Both the position numbers and the translations under genes were made by a program. Below are positions 1 through 8,980 of a DNA stretch of 11,213 nucleotides, piece after piece; position 1 is the first letter of the stretch, and each line of letters starts with the position of its first letter. The DNA comes from Azolla caroliniana (taxonomy: Eukaryota; Plantae; Polypodiophyta). Below the pieces are notes generated by a model. It made no database searches. It was not told where the DNA came from and saw only the letters and a list, made by a program, of their open reading frames with translations. The stretch is from the NCBI GenBank assembly GCA_043228905.1, contig JBHGNT010001179.1, positions 1 to 11,213 on the forward strand, in the 5' to 3' direction.

Positions 1-862
1 ACCACGGCTCGCAAGTTGCAGCTTCGGCAAGAGCGCAATAGTATCTGGCAAAGGGACATGTCGGTCACCGACTACACCACCAAGATCAAGGAGATGTGTG
101 ACGTGCTCGGGTCCATCAAAGTGACGGTGGACAAGGATGAGATGGTCCAGATCTGCCTCAATGGTCTAGCACACTGGTACGGGGCAATCCTAACGGCAAT
201 TTGGACCCGAGAGAAGCCACCATCCTTCTTCGACCTACAATCGATGCTAATGGTCGAAGAAAACCACGTGAGGGGTTTGAGGACCAGTCAATCAGACATC
301 TGGATGCTGTACACGGAGGTGGATCGGCCTCGTGGGCGTGGAGGACGAGGCGGGTGGGCACACAATAGTAGCGCCCAACAAGAGTAGAATCGGAGGCACG
401 AAGATAGTGCCGACAGTAGTTTCGGACCCTCCACAAGCAGGGGGAGTCAAGGCGGCACCGGAAACTGGCAATCGAAAGCCGACACGGAATGTTGGTATTG
501 TGGCAAGAAGGGCCACCGAGAGAGCGAGTGTTGGAAGAAGCGCGCCGATTCGGATAAATCTGGATCTGGCAAGGCCGGACAAGGGAACCGACAAAGCTCG
601 CACTACGCCGAAGGATTGGAAGGATTCAGAACCGGTAAGACCGGGAAAGGGCCAATTTTTGTGATGAAGCAAAAGGCAAACTCGATGAAGAAGACCACTT
701 CTGGATTAGAGGAAGTGTGGTACATTGACTCCGAAGCATCTAATCACATGAAGATCCACGAAGAGTGGTTCTCGTATTTGGAAAAGTCGGAGTAACCGGG
801 AGTTGTTCAAACCAGAGATGACACTCCTCAGCTGATCGTGCATGTTAGAGAAGTTCCCTTGA
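1..862 (+). pseudogene. Ty1/Copia gag-protease, 5' part (UBN2-type gag, CCHC zinc knuckle, aspartic protease), degenerate
   Basis: Frame +1 read through stops at 385-387 and 793-795 gives a UBN2/Retrotran_gag_2-like region (SVTDYTTKIKEMCDVLGSI...LNGL...LQSMLMVEE), zinc knuckle CWYCGKKGHRESEC (490-531) and Copia protease motif WYIDSEASNHM (718-750; consensus WxxDSGAxxHM). It is cut at 862 by an insertion. Confidence 0.92.
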
Positions 863-1216
863 AACACATTCACATTCACAAGTGGAAGGATTGCGCACAA
901 ATGGAAGGATAAGGAATATTTCGTTTGATTTTGGGGCTTTTTTTGCCATTTCATAAAACACCTTGATACTAGTATCACATGTTCTCAAAAACTTGATGAA
1001 AAAGCTAAAATTTTCACCATTTGGTAAAATTGAAAAATGCCAAATTTGGGCCAAATACGAAAAGTAACTTTGTGTATTTTTAAGAAGAAATTATAACTAG
1101 TAGTATTTTAGATCCTAACAAAATCATAAGCAAAAGATTTCAAAAAATCAACTTTTTTATTTCATTCGATAAAATATTGTCTAGATTTCTTACATATCAT
1201 TGCACAAAAAATACAT

Positions 1217-1740
1217 TTAAGAGTTATTTGCATCAGTATCATCATTCCTTTCCTGAGAATCACTACTATAGCTAATATACAATTGTGACTCTTCCTCCTC
1301 ATTTTCAAATGTACCAATCAAATCATTGTCTTCACTAAATGGTGTCTTCAAATTGTGTGCACTAAATCTTGTTCGCTTTCAATTTGAGATATCTTCTAGT
1401 CTTGGTAATATCTTTTTTATTATGTCTATCGTTCTCGTCCTTAAACATCCAACTTTTGTCAGTGTAAAGTCATACACAAGGATATCCACCTCACTAATGT
1501 CAATTATAGATGTATTACAGAAGTTTATTCCATCACCATGTCCAAAACTTTACCAATGCAGAATTGGTGCCCTAGCTGATGATCATCTACATGTGTAGCT
1601 ATTAATATCCCCACCTTGAGTTCTTCCAAGTTTCCTTGTCACCTGAGTTATGCTCGTGTTGTCATCCTTAGTTCCGCATAAATGTTTCTCTGTTGTAGAT
1701 GAACCAAACTATGAAGATCAACGTTAAGTGCTTGACGTGG
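1217..1740 (-). pseudogene. Degenerate C-terminal fragment of a probable DNA-transposon protein (resembles the C-terminus of DUF7869/Sola-type transposases)
   Basis: The minus strand reads ...NLEELKVGILIATHVDDHQLGHQFCIGKVLDMVME*, then after a frameshift TSIIDISEVDILVYDFTLTKVGCLRTRTIDIIKKILP... with an acidic tail to TAA at 1217-1219. The (P/Q)F(W/C)IxKV and ILxYDFxLTKxGxLRxxTI motifs are recalled from such proteins, not database-verified. Confidence 0.55.
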
Positions 1741-1777
1741 TGATTAAGAACCACGAGAATATTTTATACACCACACA

Positions 1778-3394
1778 TAAATGGCATTTGCAAGGTTCAA
1801 TTACCATCAACACAATTCTTAATGGTTTTTTGTTAATCAATGAAACACATGTTCACCATAAGGTGTCTTGTTGTGCAACATACTTCTTTGCAGTACCGAT
1901 ATGCATCTTTTTCTCTTGTAAAAACAGAGATTTTAGTACAATTTGAGTTCATGTAAACCCTAAACCTCTTTTATTTGAAAAAAAAGATGATTTCTAAACA
2001 TGAACTCCATACATTATATTGAGTTGATGTAAAAAAAAAACTTTTTATCACAATTATATACAATATATCAAATTCATGTTCAAAGTTTTTTTCTCGAATT
2101 TAAGAAAATAAAAAAATAAAACAATTGAGCTTGACTTGATGAAAAAAACCAGTTTTTTCACCACAATTCAATACAATGTATAGAGTTCATGTTTAAAGTA
2201 ATTTTTTCAAATTTTTTTGATATTTATTTATAATTTTCTTTTGGGAAAAAAAAAATTAACATGAATTCGATACATTGTATCGACTTGTGATGAAAACTCT
2301 AGTTTTTTCATCACTTCAAAAACAATTAAAAAAAAGGAAGACCCAAAATAGATAGAAAAAATAAAAAAAACTTTAAACATGAACTCGGTACATTGTATCG
2401 AGTTCGCGTTCAAAACTCTGTTTTTAAACACGAACTCGATACGCCGTATCGAGTTCGTGTTGAAAAACTTGGTTTTTTGACATGAACTCGATACAATGTA
2501 TCGTTTGTGTTTAAAACATTTAAACACAAACTCGATACGCCGTATCAAATTCATGCTGAAAAGTCAACTTTTCGACACGAACTGGATACAATGTATCGAG
2601 TTCGTGTTGAAAAACAAATTTTTGAAGACCAACTCGATACATTGTATCGAGTTCGTGTCGAAACGCTGACTTTTTCACATGAATTTGATACAATGTATCG
2701 AGTTCCTGTTTAAAGGTTTTTTGGGGGGGTTTTAAAAATAACAAATTTGGTTTTTTTCTATTTATTTTGGGTCCTTTCGGTTATTTTAAAAAAAAAAAGT
2801 TGAAATGATGAAAAAACGAGAGTTTTCATCACAAGTCAATACAATGTATCGAATTCATGTTTAAAGTTTTTTTTTCCCAAAAACAAAATAAATAAATAAA
2901 ATAAAATAAAAATTCAAAAAAATTCAAAACAAATTGAAAAAAATAGAAACATAATTGAATTTTTTTATTTTAAACATAAACTAGGTACATTTTACTAAAT
3001 TGTGGTGAAAAATCTGGTTTTTTCATCAAGTCAAGTTTGATTGATTGATTGATTTATTATTTATTTATTTTAATTCAGGAAAAAATACTTTGAACATAAA
3101 TTTGATACATTGTATGGAATTGTGATGAAAACTCTGTTTTTTACATCAACTCAATACAATGTATGGAGTTCATGTTTAAAAATCTTCTTTTTGTCAAAAA
3201 AAAGAGGTTTAGGGTTTACATGAACTCGAATTGTACTAAAATATATGTTTTGACAAGAGTAAAAGATGCATATCAATGTTGTAAAGAATTATGTTGCACA
3301 ACAAGATACCTTATGATGAACATGTGCTTCCTTGATTAACAAAAAACCATTAATAATTCTGTTGATGGTAATTGAATCTTGCAAATGCCATTTA
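1778..3394. repeat. Long foldback inverted repeat (two arms of ~600-680 bp around a central palindromic array); possible nested foldback/MITE-like element
   Basis: TAAATGGCATTTGCAAGGTTCAATTACCATCAAC... (1778-) mirrors ...GTTGATGGTAATTGAATCTTGCAAATGCCATTTA (-3394). Complementarity can be followed inward to ~2375/~2715. A TA duplication is possible at 1778-1779/3393-3394. Confidence 0.9.
2376..2712. repeat. Array of seven ~33-35-bp palindromic units (consensus ACACGAACTCGATACA[A/T]TGTATCGAGTTCGTGT) at ~50-bp period
   Basis: Units start near 2376, 2427, 2480, 2522, 2575, 2627 and 2677, with short A/T-rich linkers of the form GAAAA..TTTT. More degenerate copies occur in both arms (~1997, 2048, 2163, 2258, 2830, 2973, 3093, 3144). 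Confidence 0.9.
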
Positions 3395-4036
3395 CTTCAC
3401 AAATTTTATAGGGGAGCTCTCAAAATGAAGAAGAGGAGAGCATTGTGGATACCTTGATAAGTATGTGATATATTCAAATTGATATATTAATGTTTACATC
3501 TAAGTTTGGCAGTTTTGACAGTTTATGAATATCATCTACAGTTTAGGAGTTATGGATTTATCAAAATTGTTTATGAATATTGTATAAATTTCTTGAGTTG
3601 TGAATTTATGGATGTTAATGAGCACTAAATGTATAGATGATGGCATTAAGGATTACAATGTTACCTCTTATACTTAAAACATTTTCAAGTCTAACAATAG
3701 ATGTAACTTCCACTTTTGGAACCTACATCATCTCAAGATGGTGAAACCATTAATCTTAACTTGTGTGTTAAGTTAACCATTACTATTTTCTTTAAGTTAA
3801 CTACATTTCATATTTTCAAACCATCAATGTTTAAGCATTTATTGAAAAACTATTCAATTTTAAAAATGATCATTTTGAAACTTTTTAAATCTCAAAAAAT
3901 TAACAAATTTTACATGCTATTTAAAACATGTGATACTGGTGTATCACGTTTCTGAAAATCGCCTAAAATCGCAAGATTATAAAAGGAATGTATAAGTGGA
4001 ATGCGCGATCCTTCCACTTGTGAACGCAAACGTGTT

Positions 4037-4357
4037 TTGAGTCATATCAGACAAAATGGGAAACTTATGAAGTTGCATCACGTCCTGACAATCACAAAAA
4101 ACCTGGTGTCGGTCGGGCAGATTGTCGACCAGGGGATGCATGTGCGGTTTACGCACCTCGGGTGCTTCATCGAGGAAGAAGGCTGGATAATCGCGCAAGG
4201 GCACTGGGACGAGAGAATGTTCATCCTCGAGACCAACGACGTAGGCACTATTTTGTTCGCAAAGGGTTTGAAGATCGAGTCAGATATCGATCTGTGGCAC
4301 AAGCATGTTGGCCACATCAATTACCGGAGGCTTCCGAACTTGCAATCGAAATAGGTT
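4037..4357 (+). pseudogene. Continuation of the same Ty1/Copia pol (protease C-terminal part and GAG-pre-integrase), truncated before the integrase core
   Basis: LSHIRQNGKLMKLHHVLTITKNLVSVGQIVDQGMHVRFTHLGCFIEEEG...DIDLWHKHVGHINYRRL matches the Copia xNLxSVxQL and LWHxRxGH motifs. Removing 863-4040 restores the frame ...EVPL-SHIRQ.... Confidence 0.9.
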
Positions 4358-5674
4358 AAGCTAATTACCTACTACCATATTTAAATAGAATAGCTAATTA
4401 GCTATGATGTAGCTAATTAGCTATTCCCAACATACAGTCTAGCAACTAATTAGCTTAGTATCAAGAGTGATAGCTAATTAGTTATTGTCATAGTTAAGAA
4501 GAATAGCTATTTAGCTAAGATGTAGCTAATTAGCCACTACCATACTAAAGTAGAATAGTTAATTAGCTAAGATGTAGCTAATTAGCTATTCCCGTACTAA
4601 AGTAGAATAGCTAATTAGCTAGGACGTAGCTAATTAGCTACTGCCAACCTATAGTCTAGTAGCTAATTAGCTAAGATGTATCTAATTACCTAAGCAGTAT
4701 CAAGAGTGATAGCTAATTAGTTACTGTCATACTTAAGAAGAATAACTATTTAGCTAAGATGTAGCTATTTAGCTAAGCAGTATCAAGAGTGATAACTAAT
4801 TAGTTACTGCCATAGTTAAGAAGAATAACTATTTGGCTAAGATGTAGCTATTTAGCTAAGCAGTATCAAGAGTGATAGCTAATTAGCTACTACCATAGTT
4901 AAGGAGAATAACTATTTAGTTAAGATGTAGATAATTAGCCACTACCATACTAAAGTAGAATAGCTAATTAGCTTTGATGTAGCTAATTAGCTACTGCCAA
5001 CCTATAGTCTAGCAGCTAATTAGCTAACAAATATAAAGAGTGATAGCTAATTAGTTACTGCCATAGTTAAGAAGAATAACTATTTAACTATTTAGCTAAG
5101 CAGTATCAAGAGTGATAGCTAATTAGCTACTGCCATAGTTAAGAAGAATAACTATTTAGCTAAGATGTAGCTAATTAGCCACTACCATACTAAAGTAGAA
5201 GAGCTAATTAGCTACTACCAGACTAAAGTAGAATAGCTAATTAGCTAAGATGTAGCTAATTAGCTACTGCCAACCTATAGTCTAGCAACTAATTAGCTAA
5301 GATGTAGTTAATTAGTTAAGCAGTATCAAGAGTGATAGGTAATTAGCTATTGCCATAGTTAAGAAGAATAGCTAATTAGCTACTACCATACTAAAGTAGA
5401 ATAGCTAATTAGCTAAAATGTAGCTAATTAGCTTCTGCTAATCTATAGTCTAGCAACTAATTAACTAAGCAGTATCAAGAGTGGTAGCTAATTAGCTACT
5501 GCCATAGTTTGGAAGAATAGCTAGTTAGCTTACTTAGCTAATTAGTAGCTAATTAGCTAGGATGTAGCAGTATCAAGAGTGGTCACTAATTACCTACCAT
5601 GTAGCTAATTAGCTATCATGTTTAGTATTCACCTAAGGTCATAGAAAAACACAAGAGAAGCCGCTAATTAGCTA
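4358..5674. repeat. Left array of the 14-bp palindrome TAGCTAATTAGCTA with a small recurring set of spacers
   Basis: Dozens of exact or degenerate copies are separated by recurring spacers AGATG, CTGCCAACCTATAGTCTAG, AGCAGTATCAAGAGTGA, CTGCCATAGTTAAGAAGAA and CTACCATACTAAAGTAGAA. Confidence 0.95.
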
Positions 5675-5678
5675 ACAG

Positions 5679-7475
5679 GTTGTTGTAGAATCTTGTGGAT
5701 TAAGGAGGTTGCATGAGGTGTCCGGTGCCAATGACACGGCAACTGATGAGGAGATAGCTGGCAACGTGGCTGAAAGTAAGAGTCCGGCTATCACATCTCC
5801 TTCAGATCAGCTCCACCCTATTCTTTTGGAAGATTGGACTGAATTAGGCAACATTGTAAAAAGCCATGAAATATTGGAAACAACATGTAAATCTGAGGTT
5901 CATAACAATAGTGTTTTTAAACACGTGATGTAACATTTCTACGAATCCCAAAACCTTGATTCAATCCCACCAAGCCCAACTGCTAATCATGTCCCACCAG
6001 ATCCCAATATACTTGAAAAGCTAGTGGAAGACGCGGCTAACGTGCAAGCCATTGTTGAGGCGATGGAAAGGTTGTCAGAGGACACACTTGCGCAATGGGT
6101 GAAAGAAGCAAGGCTAAATGGGAAACCGACTAGAAAAAGGTTGAAGAAGGGGCCACAATCGGGGACAAGACCAGTTACTTGATCAAGGGGCTCTTGAATT
6201 GGAGCTAATTATTACCAATTACTGATTAGTCGGATATGACTATTAGCTATTTTCCTAGAAAATTATGAAGATGGCCTATGGTCTATTTGGACAAGTAAAA
6301 CCTCAGATTGGTTGTTGTGTGATCCACATTATGTAATGGAACTCTATGATGGATTTTAAGATAATATTATTATTTTGTTGGAGAATATTTCATGTTCATT
6401 ATGTTGTTTGGTGAGACTGTTAGCTATAGTTTTGTGAATGTGAATATGTTGGTGTTTTCTTAATATGTGCAGTGTGTAAAGGGTTTGAATCAATTGCTCC
6501 TAAGGCCAATGGCAATGTGGAAACTGTTGATGTTGCTTCGTGTTTAGAGGGCCCCATCTTGAAAGCAGATGGAGCAACTAACACAAATGATCTGGTCACG
6601 CAAGTATATCAAGCATGTTGCACAGATGATCTGATTTTGTAGGTCAATGCAACATGGGATACTAGTGGGCTGATATCGACCAGAGAAGTATCTACATGCA
6701 CAGAGGTAATGCCAGGACCGATGACATAATCGACTATACAAGAGCAAAACTTTGTAAAGCGAGGCCCAATGACTGCACAAGAGCAAAACAAGGTGAAGTC
6801 AGACTCAAAGACATAGTCAACCAAGGGTTTGAAGAGGAAAAGGACACCAATTGTGTCGACAAAACCTGAGTTGATTGAAATTGATCGTGTGCTACCAATA
6901 CTTGGTGTAACAGAGGCTCAGTTCCATGAATGGAAACCTAAACCATTAGAAGACGAAAGAAGAGCCTTGATAAAGTCTTGATCAGTGTGCGATATATGAC
7001 ACCAAGGAGGGATGCGAATCAATTTCTAGAGTGGGTTGTGCAATACTTTGATTTGTTTATTTGGAGTGAAAAACCACGTTCAGATGTGTGGAAGTGTGTA
7101 GAAAGATTCTTCCCAAAGTGGCGACAACATTTCAAGGGTCAATGGACACGAGAAAGATGTGAACAACAGGATATTGCAAGATTCAAAAGACTTTCTGATT
7201 TTTGGCATACCTGGCCCGAATATAATGCTGACAATACGTTGATTGTGGATACATAACATTTCCTCTACTACAAACTTTGCAGATGTTGTCTCATTGTACT
7301 TGACGAAATGCCTGATAACTACTTGGTGAAAACATAGAGTTGCCAACTAACTGCATGGTTGTGGACACCATACCGAGCTCGGTATGCAGATCACATATGT
7401 AGAGAAGGTCCACTAACCAGTAAGAGCTTAGCTATTTATAGGCGCTTTGTAGGCATTGCCAATGGTGTATTATAA
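5679..7475 (+). pseudogene. Spliced, degenerate gene ending in an FCP1-homology (NIF/SCP, HAD-superfamily) phosphatase-like domain
   Basis: 6963-7256 reads SLDKVLISV...RRDANQFLEWVVQYFDLFIWS...WTRERC...FKRLSDFWHTWPEYNADNTLIVDT, which follows the NIF pattern DLDxxL..RPxxxxFLxxxxxxFxxxIW(T/S)..KxL..NTLxxD. The frame continues through stops to TAA at 7473-7475. Acceptor-like AGs lie at 5678, 6472 and 6642. Upstream exons encode low-complexity acidic/Pro-rich sequence; exon structure is approximate. Confidence 0.7.
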
Positions 7476-7769
7476 ATATGTAATTTGATGACAAATTAAT
7501 CAATGAAGAATTAAATCGCTTATTTTGAGTAAATCATCTACTGTGTAATTTTAAAATAGGTCATTGATTTCTGATTTCATGCTATTGGTTGTTCTCAGAA
7601 TGACAAAATGTTTGAACTTGTACATGGTTCACTTGAGAGTAAAAAAACCATTGCCAAAATGTATTCCAAACAGTATAATTGTCATTATGCACATTGAACA
7701 AACTAAAACCGAAAGTTGCAATAAGTAAAACTGAGAGTAAAACTGACAATCAATACACATTTAACAGGT

Positions 7770-8035
7770 CCACGATTTTATTAAGAAACAAGAACAGAAA
7801 GAATACTCCCAAGCGATTTTATTAAACTTTTCTTTAAGATAGAAGAACACAAAGAAGATTGTATATAAAAAAGACACAATTTTATTAAACAAACATGACT
7901 TTATTAAGAAAGAAGAACAGAAAGTAGACTGTATATAAAAAAGAAGACTCCCTAATGATTTTATTAACAAACAAGAACAGAAAGAAAACTATATATGAGA
8001 AAGAAGACAGTCTCCCGAATGATTTTATTAAACTG
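7770..8035. repeat. Degenerate tandem repeat with GATTTTATTAA...AAGAACAGAAAG core between two convergent pseudogenes
   Basis: TTTATTAA recurs near 7777, 7818, 7882, 7900, 7960 and 8025; AAGAACA[G/C]AAAG recurs near 7790, 7843, 7913 and 7973. Confidence 0.75.
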
Positions 8036-8096
8036 TTTTTTTGCAATACAACTACTTTGTCCACTTTACAAGAAAACGGGTATGATCTCCTTGTAG

Positions 8097-8434
8097 CTAC
8101 AAATTCCATGGCATACTATTGTAAATACATTCATACACATTAGCACTAATTGTGTATAAACCTGAGCAGCTATTGTATTGCGACATCGAAACGTTGATGC
8201 ACCTGACCAAATGTGAGTACATGTACTCACAAGTGCAGACTACATCATCTAGGGAGGAGCTATGGTGACGTAGTAAACAGAGTCCTTGAGAAAACCCATT
8301 TGTACATGGTAAATGCAACAACATGTGTATCGATCCTTTAAGCGTCTCACAAAGTGTGGGTTAAGAGACTCGAATGTTCATAGTTGAACTTTGATATTAT
8401 GATGCATTCATTTGAACCTAATAAATAAATCAAC
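8097..8434 (-). pseudogene. Exon of a degenerate Cys/His-rich transposase N-terminal region (Sola2-like candidate)
   Basis: After the acceptor TTATTACGCAG (AG at 8436-8435), the minus strand reads VDLFIRFK*MHHNIKVQL*TFESLNPHFVRRLKDRYTCCCIYHVQMGFLKD, then after a frameshift ...HHSSSLDDVVCTCEY...C...YNSCSGLY. The FxxLxPxxV...RxxCxCxxH motif is recalled from Sola2-type transposases. The motif-bearing frame is absent from the ORF track because of TGA stops. Confidence 0.6.
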
Positions 8435-8483
8435 CTGCGTAATAAAAAGGGAGTCTAATGAGTAGCAAAAATGCGCCCTAATG

Positions 8484-8980
8484 TAGCTAGTTAGATATAG
8501 TGTGGTAGCTGATTAGCTATGGTCATACTCTCGTAGTAGCTAATTAGCTATTACGAGTAGCTAACTAGCAATTGACAGTAGCTAATTAGTTACCTTAATT
8601 GCTAATTAGCTCTTCATATAGCGAACTAGTTGTTGCAAGTAGCTAATTAGCCATTAAGGGTAGCTAATTAGCTATTGACAGTAGCTAGTTAGCTACCTTA
8701 ATAGCTAATAACCTCTTGACATAGCTAACTAGCTATTGCAAGTAGATAATTAGCTATTAAGAGAAGATAATTAGCTATTGATAGTAGCTAATTAGCTACA
8801 TTAATAGCTAATTAGCTCTTGACATAGCTAAGTAGCTGTTGCAAGTAGCTAATTAGCTATTAACAGTAGCTAATTAGCTACGTTAATAACTAATTAGCTC
8901 TTGACATAGCTAATTAGCGCTTGACATAGCTAACTAGCTATTGCGAGTAGCTAATTAGCTATTGACATTAGCTATTTAAC
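8484..8980. repeat. Right array of TAGCTAATTAGCTA with 20-21-bp period and ~5-unit higher-order repeat
   Basis: Spacers cycle TTGACAG / C[CAG]TTAA / (C)TTGACA / TTGCAAG / TTAAG[GA]G between copies of the palindrome. Confidence 0.95.

Larger units (their letters stand above)
863..4036. mobile_element. Non-autonomous TIR DNA transposon with 4-bp TSD (TTGA); Sola-like candidate
   Basis: Left end AACACATTCACATTCACAAGTGGAAGGATTGCGCA (863-897) is an imperfect inverted repeat of TGCGCGATCCTTCCACTTGTGAACGCAAACGTGTT (4002-4036). TTGA flanks both ends (859-862, 4037-4040), and excision restores the Copia ORF. The superfamily is inferred. Confidence 0.88.

Noticed and set aside
158-672. ORFs 158-436, 292-672 and 332-664
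   Set aside because: They are alternative-frame or antisense shadows of the Copia gag, which is in frame +1.
1955-1966. Telomere-like AAACCCTAAACC (mirrored at 3206-3217)
   Set aside because: Under two units long; at most a telo-box, and the second copy is explained by the inverted repeat.
2376-2712. CRISPR array
   Set aside because: Spacers are only ~10-19 bp and similar to each other, the repeats are fully palindromic, there are no cas genes, and the context is eukaryotic transposon DNA.
2228-2744. ORFs 2228-2554, 2507-2713 and 2520-2744 with repeated HELDTMYRV peptides
   Set aside because: These are by-products of a ~51-bp palindromic repeat, which gives similar peptides on both strands.
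3405-3466. Possible small + strand exon (TTATAG|GGGAGCTCTCAAAATGAAGAAGAG...|GTATGT)
   Set aside because: Too short to assign and no partner exons were identified.
4358-5674. CRISPR-like repeat-spacer array
   Set aside because: The repeat is only 14 bp and the same few spacers recur many times, as in a minisatellite.
7761-8143. ORFs 7761-7970, 7885-8109 and 7955-8143
   Set aside because: Low-complexity translations of the AT-rich tandem repeat with no recognisable motif.
4358-8980. CACTA or Helitron classification
   Set aside because: No CACTA/TAGTG termini, no 3-bp TSD, and no TC...CTRR ends with a terminal hairpin at the boundaries.
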